Of a stretch of 64,000 nt of DNA, positions 1-16,738 are shown piece after piece. Under the pieces are notes generated by a model that was not told where the DNA came from, did no database searches, and saw nothing but the letters and a program-made list of their open reading frames with translations. Position 1 is the stretch's first letter; each line of letters opens with the position of its first letter. The stretch comes from the human T2T-CHM13v2.0 reference genome, Homo sapiens, in the NCBI RefSeq assembly GCF_009914755.1, contig NC_060930.1; one strand, written 5' to 3'. A program made the translations under genes and the position numbers.

Positions 1-144
1 AAGGATTTAGGACAATGAAGTCTTTAAATTCAGCCTGGATACAGGTAAAATCCTCTAATTGGTACAAATTACCTACCCTAGGAAGAGGGTATATCATGAA
101 TCATTATTCTACTAAAAGCAAGCTTCATCTTATAACTATTTTAG

Positions 145-464
<320 letters not shown>

Positions 465-779
465 TGTACTGATCTTAAACATAACTATATATACTCTCTC
501 TCAACTCATAGTTAGTTATGTCCAAGATATACAAAACTAATACGGACACACATTAGATCAGAAAAACCATGCCAAACAAATATGCAAGTGAATGATAAAT
601 TGTTTTAATTGTATATGATTAAAGGGCAGGTACATTTCTGATCTGTAAATTAATGAACCATTTAGCCTACCAACTCACAATATAAGCATAATTTATATTC
701 AAAAGAATGCACATATTTTAAGTGTATAGTACCATGAGGTTTGCAAATGTATGTAGTTGTGAACCCACCATCACAATCA

Positions 780-1131
<352 letters not shown>

Positions 1132-2927
1132 TAATGCCTTCTTGCAGTAAAGCTCCCTCACACTCCCATCTTTTTAGGATCAAGCAACCACTTTTTTGAC
1201 TTCTGTTACGCTAAATTAGATTTGTCTTTTCTAGATTTTCATACAAATGGAATTATACAATGTGTACCTTTTGATGCCTGCCTTTCTTCACTTAGCGTAA
1301 TGTTTTGGGAACTCTTCATGCTGTTGCATATGTCAGTAATTTCTTTTCATTGCTCAGTAGTATACCATCATCTGGATATAACACAGTTTACATTTTTGAA
1401 TTTACCCTGTTTCCCCTGTTGAGTAGACATTTGGGTTGTTTAGAGTTTGGGGCTATTATGTATAAAACTGCTGTTTGTATACGTGTACATGCCTTTTTGT
1501 AGAAATACTTTTATTTCTTTTGAGTAAAATACCTAGGAATACAATTGCTGGGTCATATGGTAAATGTATGTTTAACTTTTTAAGAAACTGTTAAACTAGT
1601 TTCCAAAGTGTTTATGTCATTTTAAATTCCATCTTGCATAAAGAGAGTTCCAGCAGTTCTGCATCCCCAGTAACATGTAATTTCAGACATTCTATAGGGT
1701 GTATAGTGGTATGTCATTGTGGTGTTATTTCATTTTTCTCTGATGACCAGGATGTTGCACATCTTTTCCTGTGTTTATGGCCATTGACCTGAATTCTTTT
1801 GAAAAATGTCTGCTCACACTTTTTGTCTACTTTTTTTGTCAGAAATAGGAACTGGAAATATTTTCTCCGAGTCTGTGCATTGCATTTTTGTTTTCTTAAT
1901 GCTGGCTTTAAAATAACAGCAGTTTTTAATTGTAGTGAAGTCTAGTTGATCGCTTTTATTATTTTATGTTTTGTGATTTTTGAGTCCTATTTAAAAACTG
2001 GTTGTCTAATCCAAGGTGGTTAAGATTTTCTGCTATATTTTCTTCCAGAGTTTTTATAATTTTTCTTTATTTGTTTAGGTCTGTGATCCATTTGAAGCAA
2101 TTTTTGCACATGATTTATAATTTATTTCCATATACATACATATCAAATGACATTGGCACCATTTGCTGAAAAACTATCTTTTCCCCATTGAGTTACCTTG
2201 GCACTTTTGTGCAAAATCAATTACTATATATGTGTGGCTTTTTTCTGGTTGCAGTTTTCCATTCAACTGATCTGTCTTTCCAACAATACCACATTGTCTC
2301 AATTATCACAGCTTATGGTAAATCTTGAAATCAGAGAGTGTGAGTCCCACAACTTTGTTCTTCATTTCCAAAATGGCTTTGGCTATTCTATGTCTTTGGC
2401 TTATTCGTAAAAATTTTTAAATTGCTTTCTAGTTTCTACCAAAAAAAGCTATTCATTTTGGTTGAGATTGTGTTGAATATATAGATCTCTTTGAAGAGAA
2501 TTGACATCTTAGCTATACTGAATTATTTAATCCATGAACATGATATATCTCAATTAATTTAGGTCTTACCTAATTTTTATTATTGATATGCTATCATTTT
2601 TATTGTAGAAGTCTTACACATATTTTATTAAATTTATTTCTAATTATTTCATTTTTAATGCTATTCAAAGGCATTTTTAAATTTTAAATTTTCTTTTGTT
2701 GTTAGTACACAGAAATGCAGATGTTTTGTATATTTACCATGTGCCCTGTGACCTTGTTGAACACACTCTTGAGTTGAACACACTTTATATTTTTAAAGTA
2801 AAAATAAAACTGTCTAGGACATTTACCCACATATTTACCGTTTGTGTTGCTCTTCATTGTATAGATCTTAGCTTCCATCTGGATCATTTTTTTTCTACCT
2901 GAAGAACTTCCTTTAATATTTCTTGTA

Positions 2928-3228
2928 GGCCAGGCATGATGGCTCACGCCTGTAATCCCAGAACGTTGGGAGGCTGAGGTGGATTCATTGCTTGAACCCA
3001 GGAGTTTGAGATCAGCCTGGACAATGTGGTGAAACCTATCTCTACAAAAAGCATAAAAATTAGCTGGGCATGATGGCACACACCTGTAGTCTCAGCTACG
3101 TGGGAGGCTGAGGTTGGAGGATCACTTGAGCCCAGGAGGTCAAGGCTGCAGTGAGCCATGATTGCACCACTGCACTCTAGCCTGGGTGACCGAGCAAGAC
3201 CTTGTCTCAAAAAAAAAAAAAAAAAAAA
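2928..3228 (+). mobile_element. AluJ SINE
   Basis: AluJ diagnostic right arm GGATCACTTGAGCCCAGGAGGTCAAGGCTGCAGTGAGCCATGATTG; A20 tail at 3209-3228. Confidence 0.93.
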
Positions 3229-3675
3229 TCACTCATAATCCCATTCTAATCAATACAAAAATAAAATTAAAATAGTATTTCCTATAGTGCAGGTCTTCTG
3301 CCAGGTACCTAAGCCCATGGCTTCACACAGCAAACCTGTTTCCAATCCCTCACTTATATATCTCAACTATAGAAATATAATTTAAATTTATACATATATT
3401 TATATATATATATATTTAAAAGATTTACATTTATAAAAATCATCAATTTTAAAATATTTATATGAAACTCTGGCTCCCTTTACTGGCAGAAATGAGACAT
3501 CTAGACACCACTGCTTGCTTCTGGTACCAGATCTTAGAATACCAGTGGCTTCAGCCCTATGTTCATTTTGGTGTAGTTTTTGTTCATGAAGATGTTTTAT
3601 CTTATTTTTTTGAGCCTGGACATATATTTTTGGATTTCAATTTTTCTATTTTTTCTGTCACTGCTATCAGTTCGA

Positions 3676-3975
3676 AGCCTAAGCTAAATGCATAACTCAA
3701 CTATGTTATCTTGACTGGGAAGCACAACAACAGACATTTCCTTTTCACCTGCGTTTGTATTTAATACCATAAAATAAGGAGATTTCCTTTTTATTCCTAT
3801 GTATTTCAACTATGCTATCTTGACCAGAAGCACTGGCAACAGTAGGCATTTCCTTTCACCTGCATTTGAATTTATATTTCACCTGCATTTGTATTTAATG
3901 CAGGCAAAAAGAAAATGTCGACTGTTGCCCTTCCCAGTAAGATAGCATAGTTGAGTTATGTATTTAGCTCAGGCT
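3676..3975. repeat. Local direct plus inverted repeat (three copies of a ~70-bp unit)
   Basis: 3676-3752 matches the reverse complement of 3900-3975. 3806-3899 is a direct copy of 3696-3765 with an internal tandem duplication of TTTCACCTGCATTTG. Confidence 0.92.
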
Positions 3976-5204
3976 AAATGGGAATTGGTGAATGGATCTT
4001 ACTAAACAGAAGAAAAATACCTACCAAATAAAAGAGAGGACAATCCATCTTATATCATAACTTGCTAAAAATAGTATGTCCAATTTTTAAATTTAATTTT
4101 TAATTAACTGTAATATACTTAAAATACTAATACGTAAAATATACTTTCTGATTATAATATAGTTATTATAACTTTCTGTGTAACTGGGTTTTCTAACACT
4201 TATGGGTATTACCTAGGGGCACTCCTTTTTAAAATACTAAAATATGTTGTAAAGTATAAAATATCCATGCAATTAATGTGTCATCAAAATTATTTATAAC
4301 TATCTGCCAAGCTTACAAGATATTTCATTTATCCTACCCACAACTAATACATTACTATTAACTGATGTTGATAAACATTTAGAAAAAATGAAAGCAACAA
4401 TGAAAAGAAGCCCATCCTTGACGACGGGTAGTTAGGGGCAGCGGCAGAAAGACACTGTACTTATGAACTCCTCACGTATTTCACGCCTGTTCCATATTTT
4501 AGAAGGAATTGTGCTGAAACTGTGCAGGAGAAGAATTTGAGAAAATGAACTGCAAATTTTGCAGAATATCTTCTATAAGCACACAAAAACGATAAATGGA
4601 GTATTCTGTCACGTTTCTCTCTTCATTTTTAGTTTTCTTATTTGAAGTTACACTCTTAGCTAAGAACGATAACACCCCTAGTCTCTCCTGTTTATACCCT
4701 AATATACTGTGTCCTCTGCTACTGTTCATGTAAATGGGCTGCATGGAGAGATCTGGCTCTCTTTCACTTCCCATAAGAAGAGTGGACAGTCAACCCAGAT
4801 AATTCAGGACAAATGTTCCACTGGGGCCCTGAAGCATCTTGTTTGTTATTCATATTAATCACATTAACTACATAATGGCCAAATCCCATTTTGTCCTGTA
4901 TGGTATTGAGGCAATCTTAATGTTTTATTATTATTCTATGCAAATTCATTTTTACCTGATTAGTTTGACTGCCACAACACAAGATAAGCATCATTCACTT
5001 AAAGAATTGGCAGGGTCAGAAACTGAACCTATTTTTCTAGGATATGGGTTCTACATCTTAGGGATTAATAAAAAAGTAAAACAGATTTGCTAAGAAGCAA
5101 TCATATTTCCCCTATTGGTTTTATCCCTATGACAAATCAATAAAAACAAGAGAATCAAGACAGATTGTACATATTCCCAGTTTTTAAAAAATACGTCTTC
5201 AATT

Positions 5205-5408
5205 CAGGGTTTCTCAATCATAGCACTATTGGCATTTTAAGCCAGATAATACTTTGTTTTGGTGATTGTAGAATGGCTAGCAGCATCCCTAGCCTCAGAT
5301 GCCAGTAGCACCCCGTCTCCTCCCAAGTTAGGACAATCAAAAATGCCTCTGGACATTGCCATATATTCTCTGGAAAGAGGGTTAAAATCACCTCCTATAA
5401 GAAACATG
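5205..5408 (-). mobile_element. MER20 hAT-Charlie DNA transposon relic
   Basis: CAGGGTTTCTCAA terminus, AGCAGCATCCCTAGCCTC, AGATGCCAGTAGCACCCC and GACATTGCCA match MER20 in reverse. Confidence 0.85.
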
Positions 5409-7220
5409 GCTTGGATTTTGTATTATTTCAGGAGGATATTAGTGTTTTTCACCTTCCAATCCCTTCAATTTACTATTAGAGATGTGACCTAAGACTGTGT
5501 CTATGCAGACCCAGCCCCCATAACACTCCGTTTTTTTCTATTCTATACACAGATAATAAATGTTATGAATTTGCAATCTGAGATATTAACCAGCTATTCT
5601 GGTCTGTTTAGTCACCCCACCACCAACCATCCTTGGACAACAATGTGAGAGGTGCCATTTACCAAGAGACTGAGAGGGGAATCTTCAACACTCAGCAAAG
5701 ATACCGAAATCTAGGCTCCTTTGACTTCAAAGCTATCCGTGGAGGTTCAAAGACCAAGTTTAGATTGGCACTTAAATCCCCTTAATGACTAAAACTTTAT
5801 TGCTATTGTATTTGAAATAAGCAAGATAAATTTTGCCATCAGTTTGACATTTACATTTCATGAGACGCTTGATGTATATAAAATCTCAGTGTTGCCAGAC
5901 TTGCATAGCAATTCATATAAAACTCTATGCTAACTCTTTATAAATTGAGCATAATACAGATAATTTACATGAAATGAATAATTCAAACACATAATGGTTT
6001 TCTTGACGCTTTAATAGAAATTGACTTAGTTTCTAAAAGCAGGTTGATTGCTGTGGCTTTCTCATAAACCCAAATGCTACTCTTGTGTATCTATCTATTT
6101 TTTAGACTTCTTTTTGAAAATCCTGATATGTGACTTAATTTAATATAATTTGCATATCGATATCCTTAGATTGTCTCTCCAGCTCTTGACTCAGTTCTTT
6201 GAGGTATTTTCTAATGTTTATAGGAATAGTCCATAAGCACAGTCTATAAGCAGCCACTCTGTGTGAATAATGAAGTGAACGAGAAACACCAACACTGAAA
6301 TATAAGTCCAAAGGAATATGCACCTGTTGGATAGTGTTCATACTACAAATATGACAAGATAATTTTATAAGATTCTCTAAAGAAACAGACCTGATAAAAG
6401 AATAACCATTTAGTACTCTATGTAAAAAATAGTCATGTCTTTTTTCTTAGGTGCAGATACATAAAAGCATGAGGTTAGAAATCGATGAACTTAAAACAAA
6501 TGCATGAAGAGTTATACTTATTTATTAATTATGTCTTTTCCATTATTTTTCTGGGATTTGATAAGAAAGACAAGTAAGCAGAGGACAGAGGTAATTCACA
6601 AATTAAGAAATATAATTAGAAACAAATTTTGAAACATATACAACCTAGCTGGCAGTCAGGTATATGAAAATTAAACCAAGCTGCCATTTTTGTGACTATT
6701 AAATTAGAAAGAATATATTCAGCTTGTAATATCAAACATTGATGACAGTTTCTCCCTAACTTGCATACATTTTTAAGGCATTATTAATTATTTCTTTTGA
6801 AAAACAGATTGAGAATTGTTTAGAGAGCAATATATAACACGCATTCCATTTTCAAATGTACACATAATTTAATCTGACAGTTTTACAGTACTAAAATTCA
6901 TCTTAGAGAATATGTTATGATTTCTGGGTCAGAGGCATGTTTTGTCTTAATCCTTAAAATACAGTAGCAGCTTATTTATCAAGAACCAAACCTAGAAATC
7001 TATATTAAGGAAATAAAATCTGAGATACAAGAAAGCTATATAAATAATAATGTAATCACTGTTTATTTAAAAAATTTGAAAAGGCCAGGTTTACTACCAT
7101 AGGGAAATGTTTAAGTAAATTACACAGAACATCCACCGTATGGAATACAGCTATTAAAATATACTTGGAAATTATATATGTCAAATGCATATGATATATG
7201 AAATACAAAATTGTAATTAA

Positions 7221-7574
<354 letters not shown>

Positions 7575-8171
7575 ATAGCAGTGCTATTACAGCAAAAATG
7601 TATGCCTTCCCAGTCCAGACCACAGATTTGAAGTGCATGCAAAATGAAACACAGGAGGGATTTCAAGTATTCGCCATCTGAAAGACTCAGTCTGGTATTA
7701 ATAAAAACAGACTGATAGATTTTTACTTGCTTTGCTGAGAATTTCAAGACTGAGGAAGGAACAAGAGGAATGACTCACTCCTCAGCAGGATACAATATAA
7801 TGCATTAAGTGCTTCACATTTTGCAAAGCAAGCTCCTTCACATTCAATGTTTCATCTCAATTTTGACCAATCTCATTAGTGAAGAACTGTTTCAGGTTAT
7901 GCAAGTGACAGTGATCTTGGGAGTAGTTGACTATGCCATCTTAGGGGTCATAATAGTTAAGGAAGGGAGTCTGGGTATAAAATCATGTATTTTGCCAGAC
8001 TTTGTAAAGTAGATTTCAAAAAGCTCAATATAACTAGAAGGTGAGAGAGAAAAAGAGAAGATGGCTCAAGAGGTTTATGGGGCAAGGGTGGGGGTGTCTT
8101 CAAAGCTATATTCTGATGATGCAATTATCACAATGAGGAAGAATATGTGAGGGCATTTAAAGAGTCATTGT

Positions 8172-8477
<306 letters not shown>

Positions 8478-8884
8478 TTATTTGACTGCTCACTGTGGCT
8501 GATGCATCCAGAATTTTTAAGTATACTGATGAATGGCAAAAGGAGGGACAAAGGCAGGATAAGAGCAAAAGAAGGACAAATGAGAATTACGTTAGTAAGA
8601 TTCGATCCTAAAATGTGCTGAGGTCTACTCATACTAAGGATTAAAAAGTATTTCAAACCATGGAAAGGAAAGGAGAAGGTCACTTTTTTGGGGTTTTGTG
8701 GTATAATTTTAACATATAGCAATCAGTGGCATTTCTCAGCGTTTTCTTTTTCTTTTTTTTCTTAGGTCTTCTCTATCAAGGAGAAAATTTTCAAACTGTA
8801 AAAAATAAGATAAACATAGGCAGGAAGGAAGTGGAGCCCAAGATTTAATAAGAAAGTAGTGGAGCACCTGAATACGTTTCTGTA

Positions 8885-9015
8885 TCTGGAGACCATGCCA
8901 CAGGCCCATAGCCTGGAAGTTTTTAGAAACACAGAATTCCAGGGCCCACCCTAGACTCCTGAATTAGGATCTGCAGTTTAACAAGCTCCCCAGGTAATTC
9001 ATATTTTAAAAGCAA
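8885..9015. mobile_element. MER5-family hAT relic
   Basis: TAGAAACACAGAATTCCAGGGCCCACCCTAGACTCCTGAATTAGGATCTGCAGTTTAACAAGCTCCCCAGGTAATTC resembles MER5A/A1. Confidence 0.7.
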
Positions 9016-10059
9016 TGGACTCAACAATGGAAGTCTTCAGACTCTGGTGAAATGAAACAACTAATAGCTATAATTCCTTGAATGTTGTCAAATCTTTTAA
9101 GAACACAGCAGAGAGGCCTAAAGATGGGCAAATATCCCTACTTACCAAGAAATGTACATTCTAAAAAATGCAGGGTAATGATATTTTATACACTCATAGA
9201 AAGGAACATTTGTAGGGATTTAAAATAATATGACCTTTCTGAAAAGTAATTTGGCAATAGATACAATACCAGCAATCCATTTCTAGGAATCTGCATTAAG
9301 GAAATAATGTGAATTGAAAAACAAACTAAGAAAATGCTGTAGGTTCAAAGATACTCATTTCACATTGTTTAAAATAATGAAAATTTGGAAGAATCTAAAC
9401 ATTTAGCAATAGAGAAGTTATTAAGTATAGCAGATGCCAATGTGATACTGAAAGAATTTTCTTCTTAATGTACAAAAGCACTTGAATACTTGAATGCACA
9501 TACTACAATGTCAAGTTAATAAATAAAAGCAGGAATAAAACTTTAAGGACCAAAATAAGAATGATTTTTTCTTTATACTTTATAGTATTTTCTACAAAGA
9601 GCACGTCTATCATAATCAAAGAAAAATAAACATTATTTTAACATATATATAACACATGTATAAAAGCCTGAAAATATAGCAAAATATTACCAGTTTTTGT
9701 TCACCCTCTATGTAGTGGGATAATCAAGTTTCTACACATTTCTCTATATTTTGCACATATTTATAGTACAAATAATAATAATTAATATTCATATTTATAA
9801 TCAGAAAATATCTTTTTTCAAAGGGAAGCCATAATATTTTGCATAAATTACCCCCAATACTTAACAACTGTGTAAGAATTTTGAGATTGGCATTTGAGGG
9901 AACTCATTACTTAGAAAGTGCTTTCATTTTGGCACAGTCTCTGGCTCAATAAATACTTACACAGCAATGAATATTTAATTAAGGCTATTATAATCACAGA
10001 AGTGCATAAAGCAAAGGAATTTTTAGAGAATTAAAAGAACTTGTCCAAAAAATATTGAT

Positions 10060-10235
10060 AAATGGACTCATGTCAAACTGAAAGGAGGTTTCTGATGTTA
10101 TGCCAGGTGGTTTTGCCTTGTGAAGTGTTTTACTTGGATGATGACAGAGGCATGTTTAGCTCATATGACTGTGATGCAACCCTAGGAAAGCTAGCAAGAG
10201 GCTCTGTGACAGAATCAAAATTAAACATCTCAAAT
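10060..10235 (+). mobile_element. L3/CR1 LINE fragment
   Basis: Degenerate CR1 RT-region motif (...AGGAAAGCTAGC...GTGACAGAATCAAAATT). Confidence 0.45.
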
Positions 10236-10310
10236 CAATTGAATATGATAAATACAATGGAAAAGATTTAAATAGTAAAATAAAATAGATGGTTTAAAAC
10301 ATTTATAACT

Positions 10311-12650
<2,340 letters not shown>

Positions 12651-13237
12651 ATTTATAACATTCACAAAGAGAACATCAATATATTTATCTATTTAGAACT
12701 AAACAACTTCAATGTCAAAAACTATCACAAACCAAAAAGGCAAAAACAAGTGTGTGGGAGGAGTGAGAATGTGCTACAAAATGACGTGGGCTAATATCAT
12801 TATTATACAAGGAGTTCCAAGATAAACACTAAGATCCCAACTAGAAAATAACCCAAGGATACAAACAGGCAATTTACATAAGGAAGAATGACTAAGAAAA
12901 ACATTCAAACCCACTAAAAATTTTTAAAAATGCAAACGAAAATTGATAACCATGATTTTTCCACACTGATAAAAAAAAGGCAAGTATAAAAATGTGGTCA
13001 GTTCTTCATTTGGGGAAAGGTAGGGTCAGGCAAGCTACCGATGACAGCATAAATGCCTCGTGAAATTTGGCCATGAAAATTGATGGGGGTCCAATCTTTC
13101 TGAGAAAGTATCATACTTAAAAATGATCACCATTTTTGGCCCAGTAATTCACTTACAGGAATTTTTCCTAAGGAAATAAGCAGAGATCCAAGAAATACAC
13201 AAAGATGTTAGCACTGCAACATCTTTGTGCAACATCT

Positions 13238-13396
13238 TTGCAGGTGGCTGTCTGCAAACCAGGAAGTTTCCTCATGGAATCAGATTGGCCAGCTCCTTGA
13301 TTTTAGATGTTTAGCTTCCAGAATTATGAGAAATAAATGTCTGTTGTTTAAGCCACCTAACTGGTGGTATTTTGTTACAGTGGTGCAAACCAAGAT
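13238..13396 (+). mobile_element. MaLR LTR 3' fragment (MLT1A/B or MSTD-like)
   Basis: GCTTCCAGAATTATGAGAAATAAATGTCTGTTGTTTAAGCCACC...GGTATTTTGTTACAG. Confidence 0.8.
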
Positions 13397-13422
13397 GGGG
13401 GCGGGGGGGTGCGGGGAGAAAT

Positions 13423-13457
13423 AGAGACAGAGAGACAGAGAGAGACAGAGACAGAGA
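13423..13457. repeat. (GA/GACA)n simple repeat
   Basis: AGAGACAGAGAGACAGAGAGAGACAGAGACAGAGA. Confidence 0.85.
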
Positions 13458-13584
13458 TGGAGGGAAGCAGGTTTTCCTGAATTATGGGGTTTTATTTTTT
13501 CAGAAATTTCTATATTTTTACAATGAGAATATCTTCAACAGATATTTTCAACAATGAGAAAAAACAGGCTAGTCAAACACAGAT

Positions 13585-13714
13585 AATAATAAAAATGGCA
13601 ACTAATATTTATTTAGCATTTACTATGTTCTAGAGATTGTGTTGCCTTTGGTGAATTTCATTTTACCTTCACAACTATCTCAAGTAGTTACTATTATAAT
13701 CCCCATTTTACAGT
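13585..13714 (-). mobile_element. MIR SINE
   Basis: ATTTATTTAGCATTTACTATG...ATCCCCATTTTACAG core. Confidence 0.7.
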
Positions 13715-13792
13715 CTCCTAACCACTCTGAAAACAAAAACAAAGACAAAAACAAAAAAAAACCTTTTTTTACATTTTAATCTAGGTTTTCTA

Positions 13793-14114
13793 TTTTTTTT
13801 TTTAATTTTACTTTAAGTTCTGGGATACATCTGCAGAACATGCAGGTTTGTTACATAGGTATACATGTGCCATGGTGATTTGCTGTACCTATCAACCCAT
13901 CATCTAGGTTTTAAGCCCTGCATGCATTAGGTATTTGTCCTAATGGTCTCCCTCCCCTTGCCTCCCATCCCCTGACAGGCCCCGGTGTGTGATGTTCCCC
14001 TCCCTGTGTCCATGTGTTCTCGTTGTTCAACTCCCACTTATGAGTGAGAACATGTGGTATTTGTTTTTCTGTTCCTGTGTTAGTTTGCTGAGCATGATGG
14101 CTTCCAGCTTCATC
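13793..14114 (-). mobile_element. L1PA (PA8-PA10-like) 3' end fragment
   Basis: T tail followed by TTTAAGTTCTGGGATACAT...AGGTTTTAAGCCCTGCATGCATTAGG...CTTCCAGCTTCATC. Confidence 0.9.
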
Positions 14115-15566
14115 AAAAAACAAAACTGACTCTTGAAATACCTGCTTTATTGCTAAGACTTGGAATAATACTTAATAACAGTATGTTGAATGAATATGTC
14201 TTAATCAACCGTATTGAATTCAGTAAAGTTACATACCACACCCTTGGCTTAGGTAAAGAAAAAAACAACAAAGACAGAGCAAGGAAGACCCGGCTTAGCA
14301 TTGCTTTATGTTCTCAGTCAGCCTTGGGTGTGTGGGAAGGAATGGGGCTCCTTATACTTCATCAGATTCTTCAATCACCTGACAGGAATGCTGAGGAGAT
14401 GAATTTTACTTGGAGTTAAAAATACGATTACTTTTCCTCTGTTGTTCCTTCTACCTTTGAAATCGTTTTACAAACTGAAAAACTGGAATCGAGATCTCAT
14501 TTATTATCTGTGGTTTCACATTGCAAAATCACTGTGAACTTCAGAGCCAAATGCTTTTTTTATTTTCCTTTGAATTTCCATTAAAGGAAGATTTTCTTAG
14601 AAGCAGATTGAGAACTTTTAATTCTTTGCCAGGGATGAGAGAGACAAAAGACACTCACTGGCTGAATTTCACATCTAGTCCTGAAGCTTTGTCTGTCAAG
14701 AGAAGAGGCGATGCTTTTCTCTTAGTATCAAAAAGTAAGGAAATTTCTTCAGTATTCCCTGCCACCCAGAGAGGAGACACAACGACAGTGGCAGTTGTAA
14801 GTCTCAAGAGCAGGCACACAAGAAATGTGACTTCCTCCATTTTCCATAAATCAACTTCATATAGGATTCTGAAGCCCCATATTTCAGGCTAGCAGAATGT
14901 GGATTTTTAAATTTTATGGATTTTAAAATTTTCTTAAACTTTGGTTTATTCATTGTGAGGCATTTTTGTAGTTTTCCACCTCCCTTTTCCTCTAACCTAT
15001 GTGCGTGTGCATGTGTGTGTATGTACATTCTAGGCCATTGGCATACAAGCAGTACAAGTATGTGTGTGTTGGGGATGCTGACCTGTCTGTGTGGCCCCAT
15101 CTCTGCAGCCCGAGCTAGGCTTCCCATGAAGGCATGTCTGGGGAGGCAGTTAGCCCCATGCCAGACCTTCAGGTCCCAACAGACTCCAGCATGTCAAACC
15201 CACTCCTTAACTGCTCACCCAGTGTCCATCTCTGCTGTTCAGGCACCTGCTGTTCAGAATGACTGCTGGGTGAAGTCATTCTGTTTTGAGGTGGCCTTTA
15301 AGGGATGCCCTTTTCTTTCTCTGTTTCCCCTAAGCCACTCTCCACCTTTTGCAGACCCTCTTCCACAGATTTTAACACAAGTCAAGGAGTCTTATAGACC
15401 ATAATTCTTTCATGCCCATCCCAAGGTTCTGTTATACAAGAAAGCTCAATGGGGCCCACCTGCCTCAATCATGAGAAAGAAGGCAAAGCAGAAAATGCAG
15501 GTGGAAAGATTATCCAGCCACTTGAGTGAAAAGATCTTTGGGATGTGAAAATCTGGGTGTAACTCT

Positions 15567-15769
15567 TTTTTTATATATATATATTTTAAGTTCTAGGTAC
15601 ATGTGCACAATGTGCAGATTTGTTACATATGTATACATGCGCCATGTTGGTGTGCTGCACCCATTAACTAGTCATTTACATTAGGTATATCTCCTAATGC
15701 TATCCCTCCCCCCTCCCCCCACCCCATGACAGGTCCCGGTGTGTGATGTTCCCCTTCCTGTGTCCAAGT
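15567..15769 (-). mobile_element. Short L1PA (PA5-like) 3' end insertion
   Basis: L1PA 3'UTR in reverse, with the tail decayed to (TA)n. TSD GTGTAACTCT (15557-15566) / GTGTAATTCT (15770-15779). Confidence 0.9.
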
Positions 15770-16738
15770 GTGTAATTCTAAGGAGTCCCACTTGGTGTAT
15801 GGCATGGTAGACTGGACATTAACTTTGAGAAGCTTCTCCATTGGTATCTTGATGGAGGAACCAGTGAAATGTCATAGCAGCCCCAGAAGGTAGAGATTAT
15901 TCCAACAATTTATTAACTATGTCATGTTACTTTCTTTTGGCTTGATTTTATTCTCCCTTTGTATTTAATAGAACAGGTATCATAAATGGACTAATCACAA
16001 AAATGCTTCGTTTGGTTTACATTTTTCTTTTCTATTCTCTCTTTCTTCCTTTTTTGTTATTTCTAATATTATTTGTCTCTTAAGTTTCAAATTACTTAGG
16101 CTCGGTATCTATTCTCCAGTTCCCCTTAGTTCTCACCATTCTCCATTGACTTAAAACAAGATGTTTCTTGTTTTAAGCAGGTAACTCTCTGCTTGGCCCC
16201 TAACAACATTTGTGCTTTCAGGCCTTGATATTCCTCGATTTTTATAAGAAGCTTTATCTTTTTCAGAAACTGTTATTTTGGTCTTTATTTTTCCTCCCAG
16301 AAGTTTGCTATTAATATATTTTTAATTTCTGTGTTTATATTTTTCTTATTTCTTTATAGTTTTGTTGTATTTTCTCCAAGAATGTTCTTGTAAAATCTCT
16401 ACCTTAAGTAATGCACTAAACGTTTACTTCTGAGTTAATATGTAATTGATTTTTGTGAATGCTTCATGGACATAAGAGAATAATGTGTATTTTTGTTTGT
16501 AAGAAATAAATATCTATAAATACCTTTACACTGAACTTGTTTATTACACAAATTTTTGGTTATGACTTGTCAAATTCCACAAGAGATGACTATGTTTTGT
16601 GCTATTATATTAATTTTATCAGAATCTTGAATATCTGAGAGTCTTTATGTATTTCATAGCTTTATTGTTTGGTATTTAAAGTTTTCAGATTATATCTTTT
16701 TTATGCATTGCATATTCATCATAATATAGTATACCTCT

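Noticed and set aside
14998-15070. Alternating purine-pyrimidine tract as Z-DNA element
   Set aside because: Short, interrupted (TG)n-type sequence that is common in human DNA; nothing specific supports function.
14521-15404. 123-aa and 162-aa ORFs in unique DNA
   Set aside because: The 123-aa frame starts at TTG, the 162-aa frame runs through (TG)n low-complexity sequence, and neither has a recognisable domain or exon structure; consistent with chance.
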